Positions 1-9,986 of a stretch of DNA of 64,000 nucleotides are shown here, in pieces; position 1 is the first letter of the stretch; each line of letters begins with the position of its first letter. A program made the position numbers and the translations under genes. This DNA comes from Candidatus Thorarchaeota archaeon (lineage in GTDB: Archaea; Asgardarchaeota; Thorarchaeia; Thorarchaeales; Thorarchaeaceae): NCBI GenBank assembly GCA_020348985.1, contig CP070761.1, positions 663,123 to 727,122 on the forward strand, in the 5' to 3' direction. Below the pieces are notes generated by a model. It did not search any database, was not told where the DNA came from, and worked only from the letters and a program-made list of their open reading frames with translations.

Positions 1-424
1 CTCTAACATCGAGGACCCCCGGGAGCCTGTAGCGTTCTACAAAGACAGAAGTCCTCACCTCAGACCCTGCCGATTCAGCTGACTGGGCCAGACTATGATC
101 GAATCGACGCCGGTCAAGTACATTGGCATCGAGTGCAAAGCTGAAGCGTCGACCTTGAGGTGAAACGAGTGTGACAGTATCACATTCATTAACTATGTAG
201 GTCTTTGGAATCTCAACTAATCTAGCGGCCCTGGCAGAAGATGGAAGGAGATCAGTCATTTCTGTTGGCTTCGGGAGAAACTCCCCACATTGAACTGGAA
301 CCCCTAGTGCCTTCCTACGATCCAGCAACAATGTCTTCATGCCACTTTCAGCGCAGACTCTTGCTGCAGTGCAGCCCGCGGGCCCCGCACCAACTACTGC
401 TACGTCGTAGGATTCAGCTGTCAT
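1..424 (-). CDS. Geranylgeranyl reductase family FAD oxidoreductase (5' part; runs off the window start)
   Basis: Not in the ORF track. Manual translation from ATG 424: MTAESYDVAVVGAGPAGCTAARVCAESGMKTLLLDRRKALGVPVQCGEFLP...NVLDRRRFDHSLAQSAESAG. Shows the Rossmann GAGPAG, PxxCGE and LDRxxFD motifs of the GGR family. Confidence 0.88.
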   Translation of the reverse strand, partial: MTAESYDVAVVGAGPAGCTAARVCAESGMKTLLLDRRKALGVPVQCGEFLPKPTEMTDLLPSSARAARLVEIPKTYIVNECDTVTLVSPQGRRFSFALDANVLDRRRFDHSLAQSAESAGSEVRTSVFVERYRLPGVLDVR

Positions 425-562
425 TTGAGTGGAATTTCACCTTGACGCCGCCCTAATATACTGAGTGTAAGCGTGAAACACAATCCCAGACTATAAATGA
501 CAGACCGATGAACCCCGTTCTTTGGTGCTTGACTGTCCCATGACATTACAGGTGAGAGAAAG

Positions 563-1969
563 TTGAACTGGAAGAGCAAGTCACTCGATAGGTTGTTTAA
601 TCCAAAGTCAATTGCTGTGATTGGTGCTTCTGACAAGCCCTACAGACTGGGAGCGCTTTCGCTCCTTGCACTGACAGGTTATGATGGGGACATCTTCCCC
701 GTGAACCCCCGTCTGAAGACCATCGGAAACCTCGAGTGCCACCGGACAGTGAGCGACATCGATAACGAGATTGACCTTGCAATCATAGCACTCAGGGCGC
801 AACTAGTTCTTGAAGCATTGGAGGATTGTGCTCGAGCAGAAGTCGGCGGCGCTATTGTGTTCACGGCTGGATTCAAGGAGCTTGGCCCAGCCGGTGAGGT
901 CGAACAAGAGAGAATGAAAGAGATTGCTAACGCCGCAGAACTTGCAGTCATCGGACCTAACTGCCTTGGAGCAGGTAACACTCACAGGAGTTTGAATGCG
1001 ACATTCTTCCCTCATCCTGTTGAGCTAAGAGCAGGCACAGCAGCGCTAGCGAGCCAGAGCGGTGGCGTTACCGGACTAATGATGTATCGAGCAGCCGACG
1101 CGGATCTAGGTGTTTCGAAATTTGCCAGTGTTGGCAACAGAGTGAATGTTGATTTCCACGATCTGATCCGTTACTTCCGAGAAGACGTAGAAACTCAGGA
1201 GATTTGCTTGTTTGTAGAAGGAACAGAGTACGCGAGGGAGATGCACACCGAGATTGAGTCAACCAGTGCAGAAAAGCCAGTCATTGTCTACAAGGTTGGA
1301 ACTACACCCTCAGCTCGTGCGGCTGCTCTAAGCCACACTGGAAGCTTGGCAGGCTCACCTGAGTTGTACTCTGCATCCACAAGGCAAGCTGGCGGTATTG
1401 AAGTCAGGAGTATTGAGGAAATGGTTGACACCGCCAGGGTTTTCTCTGTTCTTTCGGCCTTGCCGGAGGGTAGGCGTGTCGCCATAGTCACTCACACTCT
1501 TGGCCCGTCACTCATGGCCGCACAGGAACTAGAAGAACGAGGAATAGTTTTGCCGTCGCCAAAAGAGACCACGAGCCACACAATACGTGAGTTACTTGGA
1601 CTTGACATCATCGTGGGGAATCCTATCGACCTTCTTGCGACCGGTTGGGCACGTCCCGATTTGTTCGCAACTGCCCTCAAGATTGCCTCGGAAGAGGCAC
1701 ACTTCGATGCCATCATGACCGTATTCTCTCCGAACTTCCAGAAGGACATAGGCGGAGGAATGCCAGTCGATGACGTAATAGAGGCATCGCGGACTTCCGG
1801 CAAGCCCTTCGTGAGTGTGCTCGTGTCACCTGATAGTAGAAGACCACCTGGTTGGGAGGAGCTCGAGGAGGGCGGAGTCCCAACGTTCTCAGGTCCAATA
1901 CGTGCGGCGAGAGCACTGTCTAACGTTATGCTCTATGCCGAAAGACGAAGGAGAAGCTCCAAGTCATGA
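563..1969 (+). CDS. ADP-forming acyl/acetate-CoA ligase alpha subunit-like (CoA-binding) protein
   Basis: PKSIAVIGAS, IGPNCLG, SQSGG, SVGN and phospho-His motif SHTGSLAG; TTG start. Confidence 0.9.
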   Translation: MNWKSKSLDRLFNPKSIAVIGASDKPYRLGALSLLALTGYDGDIFPVNPRLKTIGNLECHRTVSDIDNEIDLAIIALRAQLVLEALEDCARAEVGGAIVFTAGFKELGPAGEVEQERMKEIANAAELAVIGPNCLGAGNTHRSLNATFFPHPVELRAGTAALASQSGGVTGLMMYRAADADLGVSKFASVGNRVNVDFHDLIRYFREDVETQEICLFVEGTEYAREMHTEIESTSAEKPVIVYKVGTTPSARAAALSHTGSLAGSPELYSASTRQAGGIEVRSIEEMVDTARVFSVLSALPEGRRVAIVTHTLGPSLMAAQELEERGIVLPSPKETTSHTIRELLGLDIIVGNPIDLLATGWARPDLFATALKIASEEAHFDAIMTVFSPNFQKDIGGGMPVDDVIEASRTSGKPFVSVLVSPDSRRPPGWEELEEGGVPTFSGPIRAARALSNVMLYAERRRRSSKS

Positions 1970-1970
1970 A

Positions 1971-2534
1971 CTAGAAGAGACCGGCAAGCACGAGGAATCC
2001 AAAGACCAGAAACAGAATTCCTGTTACTCTCCTTACGGTCAAAAGAGAAGCAGAACCAGCAGCTCGGTCTCCAAAATACGCTCCGATAGCAGTGACAAGG
2101 AGAAAACCCAAAGTTGACCCCAAGAGCACAATAATAGGCAGTCCAGATGATGCAGCAATGGTAACTGCTGTCAGTTGTGTCTTGTCCCCCATCTCGGCAA
2201 GAAGTACTACTGAGAAGACGCTTAATGCAGAGGTAGTGTCAGTTTCAGGATCTGTTTCCACATCGTCTCTTTGGGCCATGACCCATATCCCTATGATGAT
2301 GAAGAGGAGTCCCGAAACAATTCGGATGATGTCAAGAGGAAGTGTCGTGTTCAGCACGAAACCGACAAAGACCGCGAAAACGGTCGATGTAATCAGCGCC
2401 AACATCGCAGCTGTCATAACAAGCAGAGGTCTTCGACATTGTGCACTGAAGCATACAGTTGCCAGCATCGTCTTGTCACCAAGCTCCGCTAGGAACATTA
2501 GCAGTGCGGAGGAGGCAAACACATCCAGAATCAT
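1971..2534 (-). CDS. GDT1/TMEM165 (UPF0016) Ca2+/Mn2+:H+ antiporter family
   Basis: Two copies of the E-x-G-D-K-T motif (AELGDKT, AEMGDKT); about 6 TM segments. Confidence 0.92.
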   Translation of the reverse strand: MILDVFASSALLMFLAELGDKTMLATVCFSAQCRRPLLVMTAAMLALITSTVFAVFVGFVLNTTLPLDIIRIVSGLLFIIIGIWVMAQRDDVETDPETDTTSALSVFSVVLLAEMGDKTQLTAVTIAASSGLPIIVLLGSTLGFLLVTAIGAYFGDRAAGSASLLTVRRVTGILFLVFGFLVLAGLF

Positions 2535-2623
2535 TGCTCTGCACGCCAGAATTGTCTCCTATTAGAGCTTGCCTATTGGGGCGTAGGCTTTGAGCGGGCC
2601 TTGAAAACCGCATAGCGATTACG

Positions 2624-3152
2624 ATGTCTGATGAGGATGGTGGACAATCTTCGCGTGACCGTCTTGTGATTGTCATAGCGCCAAATATGATCTTCATCAC
2701 ATTATTCATGAATTCTTGTGGTCTATCAATTGTCACTGCCATGGTTTCTCTTTCCCGGAATGGATACACTTCAGTTGCCACGACTAGTCGAACTAGTCAT
2801 TGGTCTTGTTCTTGTCATTCTCTGTGTGGGATTGGAGGTTTGGGGAGTCGCATCGATTAGCTTGAGCCGTGCACAGGGCACCGAGATAGGTGCATTGGAA
2901 TCGGCTCTGGTTACTACAGGAGCTTATGCATACTGTCGGCATCCCATTACTCTTGATTTTGCGTTCGGGACTCCCGGGTTTGCACTCGTCTTCGACTTCA
3001 TCCCCCTACTGGTCAACACCTTGATTTTCACGCCAATCATGTTCGCATTGCCATTCTATGACGAGAGAGAGCTACTGAGAAGATTTGGACAAGAATACGA
3101 ACTGTATCGAAGCAACGTGCCGCTTCTTGTTCCCAGAATGAGGGAATCTTAG
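2624..3152 (+). pseudogene. Isoprenylcysteine carboxyl methyltransferase/PEMT-family membrane methyltransferase, apparently frameshifted near 2711
   Basis: C-terminal frame has LVTTGAYAYCRHP and ERELLRRFGQEYELYRSNVP. The ATG-2624 frame supplies the first TM. The C-terminal frame has TGA at 2709-2711. Confidence 0.6.
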
Positions 3153-3223
3153 AGATTCTTAAGGTCAATAATCATTGACTTGTTGGTCTAGGATGATAGA
3201 ATAATATCAGTTCGTGAGGAAGA

Positions 3224-3682
3224 ATGAACGACGACTCAATGACATCTGATGAAGTGTTCGAGGCAATCTCGCATCCAATGCGGATAGAAATCCTGCGATT
3301 GTTGGCAAGAAAGCCAGTCCGTTTTGCGGATCTGAAAAGAAAGCTCAGAATTGAGAGCAGCGGACAGCTTGACTTTCACCTCAAGAAGATGACGGGAATT
3401 GTCGTAACGGACAGCGACGGAAATTACACCCTTAACGATAGAGGATATGCCGCCCTGACTGCCGTCGATATGGTATCAAGGCATGGGTGGCAAAGAAGAG
3501 CTTACATCATTGCGTTCCTGACCTACGCCGTGATGAATGTGTACTTCATACTGATGGTTCCACTAGGCTGGTGGTTCGTCATCTTCTTAATCACAACGGC
3601 ATGGATTCTCTTCTACAGCTATTGGACCTTCATCAAGAGAAGGATTCGTCTAAGACGGAACGGAGAAATATCAAACGAATGA
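3224..3682 (+). CDS. ArsR-like winged-helix regulator with two C-terminal TM helices
   Basis: VFEAISHPMRIEILRLL...SSGQLDFHLKKM wHTH, followed by two hydrophobic segments. Confidence 0.82.
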   Translation: MNDDSMTSDEVFEAISHPMRIEILRLLARKPVRFADLKRKLRIESSGQLDFHLKKMTGIVVTDSDGNYTLNDRGYAALTAVDMVSRHGWQRRAYIIAFLTYAVMNVYFILMVPLGWWFVIFLITTAWILFYSYWTFIKRRIRLRRNGEISNE

Positions 3683-3824
3683 AATCATGCGACCTTCTGC
3701 GTCAAGTGCAAATCACATCAACGCAAGCACTTGCGCTGTATCAAATGGCTATATTCAGACATGCCAATGCAGAGATAGCGCACGCTTTTGCTGTAGAGCT
3801 ATCTCACCCTTGGAGGGACAACGC

Positions 3825-4604
3825 TTGGCGGCTGTAAGTATTAGCAACTTGACCAAATCATACGGAGAACTGGTAGCAGTTGATGATGTAACAATAGAGA
3901 TTCGGGACGGAGAGATTTACGGCCTCCTCGGCCCCAATGGAGCCGGGAAGACTACGACCATCAAAGTTCTGATGGGCCTACTTGACCCGGACTCTGGTTC
4001 AACAAAGGTCTTCGGAATCGACTCAAGAGAGGACCCGATTGAAGTAAAGAAACTCGTTGGCTATGTGCCAGAAGAACAGCAGCTATACGAGTCCCTCACA
4101 CCCCGAGAGTTGTTCGACTTTATCGCGTCTGTCAGAGAGCTGCCAGAGGAGAAGACCAATGGACGAATCAAAGAGATGGTAAAGGCTCTGGACTTCGGAA
4201 GGTACTATGACTCCATGATAGTCACATTGTCCCAAGGAAACAAACAGAAAACGATGCTAGTCGCTGCACTGCTTCATAGACCGAAGTTGCTGATACTTGA
4301 CGAGCCTTTCTCAGGGCTCGATGTACGAACTGCAAAGGTCATGAAGGACATCGTGAGAATCCATACTGAAAACGGCGGGTCTGTTCTTCTCAGTACTCAC
4401 ATCATGGAGATTGCCGAAGGTCTTTGTGATCGTGTGGGCATCATTGATGATGGCGAACTTGTCGCCGTGGGGACTCTTGACGAATTGCGTCGAAAGTCAC
4501 AGAGAGAGGGAGCCACACTGGAGAAGGTCTTCCTAGCTTTGACTGAGCAAGAGGATGAGGTAGAAGAGGGAGTTGACACTCTACGGGAGGCTCTGAGAGA
4601 TTGA
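3825..4604 (+). CDS. ABC transporter ATP-binding protein (ABC-2/CcmA-like exporter)
   Basis: Walker A GPNGAGKTT, signature LSQGNKQK, Walker B LILDEP, H-loop STH; start placed at TTG 3825 after GGAGGG. Confidence 0.93.
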   Translation: MAAVSISNLTKSYGELVAVDDVTIEIRDGEIYGLLGPNGAGKTTTIKVLMGLLDPDSGSTKVFGIDSREDPIEVKKLVGYVPEEQQLYESLTPRELFDFIASVRELPEEKTNGRIKEMVKALDFGRYYDSMIVTLSQGNKQKTMLVAALLHRPKLLILDEPFSGLDVRTAKVMKDIVRIHTENGGSVLLSTHIMEIAEGLCDRVGIIDDGELVAVGTLDELRRKSQREGATLEKVFLALTEQEDEVEEGVDTLREALRD

Positions 4605-6247
4605 ACTTCTCTGAGCGCTGGTGCCTCGCAGGCATAATTGCTAGAGAGGTTTCATTTCAGGGCTACTTGGAAATGAATCCCACAAACATCGCCCGTGTCA
4701 AAGAGAATCCCGACCGCATAGGAAGGAGTCTCAGGAGATCAAGTCAGATTAGGGCGTTCATGACTGGATTCATCATCATCTTTCTCGCATCAATCACGGT
4801 TGCGACTGTAGGGTTCGATAGCTCTCTGGTCAATCCGGCTTCACGACTTGCCTTCGGAGTCTCTGTGTTTCTTGGGATGAGCTTTGTCGTCGTTCTTTTT
4901 CTCAACCTGACTTCCTCAACAGGCTTGTTCACTTCGGGTGTTATGAGACTCCCAGCCACGCTCCCACTGGACAGGAGAGACCTCGAGAACCTATCAGTAC
5001 TGGTTTTCGTACGTGTATTCATCACGCCAGCAATCCTCATTCTGACAGTGTTTCCAATCCTGTGCCTCTTCGTCTTCGGAGTACTGACTGCACTAGCAGC
5101 ACTGCTTGCATGTGCGGCAACGGTGGTATTCTCAATAGGTGCCCTTGTCTACATTGCGAAATGGTTCTATGTCAAATCCCACATGGCAGACGACTCCAGA
5201 TCATCAGGAGCCATTAGAGTTCTAGCTTCACTTGGTCTAGCTGCCGGTATGATCTTCGTCTTCGGCATAGGAGGATTCTTGCCACAAATTCTAGACTTTA
5301 TTGTGAGTGCCTCTGCGAATATTCCGGCCGAGATGCTTGGTTTCATGGCAGTCTTCTTCCCATTCTCACTTGGTTTTCTTGTTTCCACTGCGACATACGC
5401 GGTTTCGTTCCAGCTACCGACTATTCTCATCTCGTTGGGAGCGTCAACACTGTACTCGCTTTTTGCGATAGTCTCATACAAGAGAACTGGACGATCCCTT
5501 CGAGCATTAGCAGGGGGAGGTATATCCACCACGAAACTGAGGCCGATCCAGGAAGCTTCAGTGAACATTACTAGTCCACTGAGATCAATGATCAGAAAAG
5601 ACCTAAAATTGGCCTCCAGAAACTTAGGATCAGCAATGGTCTTTGCTATTCCAATGTTCTTGTTGATAATGATGTACCCTATGATTCATGGTTGGGCAAC
5701 GAATGATGGCTTCGTGCGTAGCATGACCGCACTGGTTGCGACGGAGTACGCCAACTTATTTGCAGGGATGGCGATCATTTCTCTGATGCTCTTTGACACA
5801 CAAGGAGCATCAATCCAAGCGGGGCTACCGCTAAGGTCTATCCTGACTCTGAGAACAAAGGCAGCTATAGCGATGGTTCCATATGTAGCTTCAATGGTTC
5901 TCATCGCCACAATCTGCGCACTCTATCCGCTGATTAGTCCTGTAGTGCTTCTGATTCCATTGGTCCAGATTCCGTGTGGTTACGCTATCGCCTTGGCAGT
6001 TGGAGGAGGAATCTACAGAGCAAAAGGACAAGGACGCGCAGTATCGATAAACATAGCTTTCGAGCCAGGAATGGCTTTCTTTGCGGCGGCAGTAGCTTCA
6101 GTGATTGGTGTCATTCCTCTTGTTGGGTATGGACTTGCAATGATTGTCACTGGAAGTCATCTTGTGAGTATCATCGTCCAGGCACTTGTGCTCATTCCAG
6201 AGTTGCTCTTGATACGGAGTCAGATTCCTAGGCTGCTCAAGGATTGA
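4601..6247 (+). CDS. ABC exporter permease (about 12 TM)
   Basis: Polytopic; internal MIRKDLKLASRN motif typical of ABC-2-type permeases; 4-nt overlap with the ATPase gene. Confidence 0.75.
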   Translation: MNFSERWCLAGIIAREVSFQGYLEMNPTNIARVKENPDRIGRSLRRSSQIRAFMTGFIIIFLASITVATVGFDSSLVNPASRLAFGVSVFLGMSFVVVLFLNLTSSTGLFTSGVMRLPATLPLDRRDLENLSVLVFVRVFITPAILILTVFPILCLFVFGVLTALAALLACAATVVFSIGALVYIAKWFYVKSHMADDSRSSGAIRVLASLGLAAGMIFVFGIGGFLPQILDFIVSASANIPAEMLGFMAVFFPFSLGFLVSTATYAVSFQLPTILISLGASTLYSLFAIVSYKRTGRSLRALAGGGISTTKLRPIQEASVNITSPLRSMIRKDLKLASRNLGSAMVFAIPMFLLIMMYPMIHGWATNDGFVRSMTALVATEYANLFAGMAIISLMLFDTQGASIQAGLPLRSILTLRTKAAIAMVPYVASMVLIATICALYPLISPVVLLIPLVQIPCGYAIALAVGGGIYRAKGQGRAVSINIAFEPGMAFFAAAVASVIGVIPLVGYGLAMIVTGSHLVSIIVQALVLIPELLLIRSQIPRLLKD

Positions 6248-6348
6248 TTATAGTCCCTCAGCTATTGACAGCATTTCCGATGTTATTGCACCCTATGCGA
6301 TGTCATTATTAGTCAGATGCGACATGAACGACGCGAGGCGCGGACCCT

Positions 6349-8958
6349 TTGAAGAAACGTACTCCTATGCAGCGTCAGTACCTGCAACTAAAGCAGCAGT
6401 ACCCAGATTGTCTGATGCTGTACCGCCTAGGAGACTTCTACGAGCTCTTCAATGAGGACGCCAAGATAGCAAGCAAGATTCTGGACATAGTTCTTACGGC
6501 TCGGGGAGAAGGTGTGGACAAATGGCCGATGTGCGGTGTTCCACATCACTCTGTGGATGGATACATCGCGAAACTCCTGGCGGCCGGTAATACAGTGGCA
6601 ATCGCAGATCAAGTCGAAGATGCATCCAAAGCGAAGGGTCTGGTCAAGCGTGATGTGGTTCGAGTTATAACGCCGGGCACCATCCTCGAAGCTTCCATGT
6701 TGGAAGACACTACGAACAACTACCTCACTGCTATAGTGCAGCACCAGGATTTGACTGGCATTGCCTCCGTTGATGTCTCAACTGGTGAGTTCTTCGCCAC
6801 CGAAGTCATAGGGGAACCGTCGAACGAACAGGTGCAAAACGAACTTGGTCGCATTGGACCTGTTGAGCTCCTGTTGCCGGATTCGTTCTCTAGGGATGCG
6901 AGACTTGTGGCCGTGTTGAATTCGCTTGGAACCAAGATCACATACAGAAGTGATGTGGATTTCAACGCTCGTACTGCAGAGGACAGAGTCAAAGAGCAAT
7001 TTGGTGTTGCCACACTTGATGGCTTTGGCCTGAGTGAGAGGAAGGTTGCACTTGGAGCCACAGGTGCGGTGCTTGCATATCTGCAGGAGGTTCACAAGAC
7101 AAGCAGAATCACAGTCACCTCAATCAGGACGTATACTTTGGATGATCACATGGTGGTTGACCCCACGACTCAAAGAAATCTAGAGCTCGTGAAGAATGCG
7201 AGAGATGGCTCTTTGAGAGGAACGCTAATGGGAGTACTCTCGAAAACGGTAACACCGATGGGCAAGAGAAAGCTCAAACAATGGATTCTCCAGCCATTGA
7301 GAGACATCCCAAGGATTGAGCAACGGCTCGATGGCGTTGACGAGCTTGCCCGCAAGGCGCTAACACGGGATTCGATCACTGAGAAACTGAGGAACACTGG
7401 CGACATCGAGAGAATTGTCAGCCGCATTGTGTTCGGTTCTGCCGGAGCGAGAGACCTCGTCGCTCTCCGAGACGTTTTGAGTCGTCTTCCAGACATCAAG
7501 AATACACTTGGTGATTGTGAGTCCGAAATACTCTCTAAAGCGGCCAATCTAATTGATCCACTTACGAGTCTGAATGACACACTTCATACGGCCGTCTTAG
7601 ATAGTCCGCCTGTGAGTGTTCGTGAGGGCGGAATGATTCGGGAGGGATTCAGTAAGGACCTAGACAGGCTGAAAGGATCAATCTCTGAGGACAAGAAGTG
7701 GATTGCATCGCTGCAAGCGAGGGAGAGAAAGCGTACAGGAATCAAATCCTTGAAGGTGAGCTACAACAAGGTTTTCGGGTACTATATTGAAGTAACAAAG
7801 TCCAATCTGGACCTTGTTCCTGACGAATATGAACGAAAGCAGACACTGACAAACGCAGAGCGTTTCATCACTCCAGAGCTCAAGGAGAAAGAAGCAAGCG
7901 TCTTGGCCGGAGAAGAAAAGATCAATCAGCTCGAATACGAAATCTACGAAGAGCTAAGAAGCGCAGTGAGCGAGAATCTAGAAGTGCTCCGGAACAATGC
8001 AGTATCACTGGCGATTGCTGATGTGCTCGTGGCTCTCTCGGACGTCGCAGTCACTAGAAAATACATCCGCCCCAAGCTCACTGAAGGCACAAGAATCAAG
8101 ATTGTTGATGGCCGACATCCAGCACTGGAAATGATTCTAGGGTCAAACGAGTTTGTTCCGAACAGTCTTGATATCGGTGATGGCGGCACAACTCTAGTCA
8201 TCGCAACAGGTCCAAACATGTCTGGCAAGTCTACATATATGCGTCAAGCGGCGCAGATCGTCTTGCTTGCTCAAATGGGGTCTTTTGTGCCTGCGAAGTC
8301 TGCTGAGGTCGGACTTGTTGACAGAATCTTCACACGAGTGGGAGCATTTGACGATCTCACTGCGCGGCAAAGCACATTCATGGTAGAAATGATAGAGACA
8401 GCGAATATCCTCAACAATGCCACTGACCGCAGTCTTGTTGTGCTCGACGAGATAGGGAGAGGCACTTCAACTTTCGACGGCATGGCGTTGGCTTGGGCAG
8501 TGGCCGAACAGATAGTTCTAATGAAAACGAGAACTCTGTTTGCAACGCACTTCCACCAGTTGACTGAAATGGCCTCCGCATATCACGGCGTGAAGAACGT
8601 ACACACATTGGCAAAAGAGGCGGGAGACAAGATAGTATTCCTTCACAAAGTCGTAGAAGGAGGCACAGACCGCAGTTACGGAGTTCATGTGGCAGCTTTG
8701 GCAGGCGTTCCTGATGTCGTGGTCAAAAGAGCAAAGAGACTTCTGGCAAGGCTGGAGAAGGAACAGATTGTTGACATCGGAAAGGCCACTGAAGTAGAGG
8801 CTGCAGAAACCCTTCAGACAACTCTTGAATCGCTTACTTTGGACGATCCGATAGTTGAGAAGATACTCAATATGGATTTGGAGAGAACCACTGCAATTGA
8901 AGCTTTACTGAAACTGAAAGAAATGCAGGATGAGATTAAGAGCAGAGAGAAACAGTAG
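6349..8958 (+). CDS. mutS: DNA mismatch repair protein MutS (MutS1)
   Basis: TPMQRQY, GDFYELF mismatch-binding motif, TGPNMSGKSTY, STFMVEM, DEIGRGTST, FATHF. Confidence 0.97.
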   Translation: MKKRTPMQRQYLQLKQQYPDCLMLYRLGDFYELFNEDAKIASKILDIVLTARGEGVDKWPMCGVPHHSVDGYIAKLLAAGNTVAIADQVEDASKAKGLVKRDVVRVITPGTILEASMLEDTTNNYLTAIVQHQDLTGIASVDVSTGEFFATEVIGEPSNEQVQNELGRIGPVELLLPDSFSRDARLVAVLNSLGTKITYRSDVDFNARTAEDRVKEQFGVATLDGFGLSERKVALGATGAVLAYLQEVHKTSRITVTSIRTYTLDDHMVVDPTTQRNLELVKNARDGSLRGTLMGVLSKTVTPMGKRKLKQWILQPLRDIPRIEQRLDGVDELARKALTRDSITEKLRNTGDIERIVSRIVFGSAGARDLVALRDVLSRLPDIKNTLGDCESEILSKAANLIDPLTSLNDTLHTAVLDSPPVSVREGGMIREGFSKDLDRLKGSISEDKKWIASLQARERKRTGIKSLKVSYNKVFGYYIEVTKSNLDLVPDEYERKQTLTNAERFITPELKEKEASVLAGEEKINQLEYEIYEELRSAVSENLEVLRNNAVSLAIADVLVALSDVAVTRKYIRPKLTEGTRIKIVDGRHPALEMILGSNEFVPNSLDIGDGGTTLVIATGPNMSGKSTYMRQAAQIVLLAQMGSFVPAKSAEVGLVDRIFTRVGAFDDLTARQSTFMVEMIETANILNNATDRSLVVLDEIGRGTSTFDGMALAWAVAEQIVLMKTRTLFATHFHQLTEMASAYHGVKNVHTLAKEAGDKIVFLHKVVEGGTDRSYGVHVAALAGVPDVVVKRAKRLLARLEKEQIVDIGKATEVEAAETLQTTLESLTLDDPIVEKILNMDLERTTAIEALLKLKEMQDEIKSREKQ

Positions 8959-9019
8959 CCGTCGGAGCTGAAAACTCGGAGAATTGAACCTCCCAACAAG
9001 GACCCAACCAAAGCTTCGC

Positions 9020-9850
9020 CTAGGAAATCCCATCGAATATCTCTTTGATGGTCGTTGGTAGCATAGAAGAGTCGTCAGACAGAGCTTCAAGGGTCACGTC
9101 CGAGCTGCTCCCATCTGATTCGCCAGAAACAACAAGGCGAATAGCTATTCTTTTCGAAGTATACTTGCCCTCGGCAAGACACCTGATTATTCCATGGAAG
9201 CCCGTCTCATCAACTTCCGAAGCCGATTCTACGATGTGAAAGTTGCGTTCTGGCAAGTAGGCTGATGCGTGTGTGAAGACAACTTCAGGATTTGTAGAGA
9301 TTCTTCGCTCCTCGCGGTTTGCGGTCATTTCGTGCAGCATCATCTCTAGCTGGTCGAGACTGGCTTCAAGCGGTCTCAAGAGATCGCACACCGAACGAAT
9401 TGTGTATGGCTCAACTCGCATCATTTGAGTTTCGTTAGTGAAGTCGAGGAACGATACGGTTGCCAAGATTTCACCTTCCACGCAATCCTTGGTCGGAGTG
9501 AATACAAACTGGGGAGACCTGAAACCGCCGGGTTCGATTCTTGCAAGTGTGCGAGTAGTCAGCCCTTCAACTCTCATGCAGTCTTCTGGATAGGCAAGAA
9601 GAGTGACAGTGACATTGTTTATGACAGAATCAGAGCCGTTCATGACCTTGACCTTGTACTCGAACGTTCCGCCTACCATTTCACAGCCTCGCAGTACTTC
9701 GATGTCGGCCGGGGACGGCATTCTTGCAACAGGTTGTATGACCTTCGACTCTTTTGAACCACGATAACGCCTGTATGCGAGATAGGAAACAATGAGCAGT
9801 ATAGCTAAGATGTACGTCCATGTGAAATCATATGATACCAGTTGGGCCAT
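9020..9850 (-). CDS. Membrane-anchored protein with Ig-like sandwich plus alpha/beta platform (adaptin/coatomer appendage-like)
   Basis: Start set at ATG 9850 (the longer ORF overlaps rpe). N-terminal TM WTYILAILLIVSYLAY followed by RRYR, a beta-rich domain, linker IRSVCDLLRP and a platform-like C-terminus. Confidence 0.55.
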   Translation of the reverse strand: MAQLVSYDFTWTYILAILLIVSYLAYRRYRGSKESKVIQPVARMPSPADIEVLRGCEMVGGTFEYKVKVMNGSDSVINNVTVTLLAYPEDCMRVEGLTTRTLARIEPGGFRSPQFVFTPTKDCVEGEILATVSFLDFTNETQMMRVEPYTIRSVCDLLRPLEASLDQLEMMLHEMTANREERRISTNPEVVFTHASAYLPERNFHIVESASEVDETGFHGIIRCLAEGKYTSKRIAIRLVVSGESDGSSSDVTLEALSDDSSMLPTTIKEIFDGIS

Positions 9851-9986
9851 GATAATCACATCTTTGACTAGTAGAATACTCCCATCCGATAGTTCTATGA
9901 CCTTTAAAATCAGCTGATTAGTCAATGAAATCATCGAGTGCTTGGAAGAGGCTTTAATAGCGAGAGAGTTTCCGTGATTGAAGACA

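Noticed and set aside
3687-3824. Cys-rich N-terminal extension on the ABC ATPase
   Set aside because: An SD-like GGAGGG precedes TTG 3825, which gives a standard-size ATPase.
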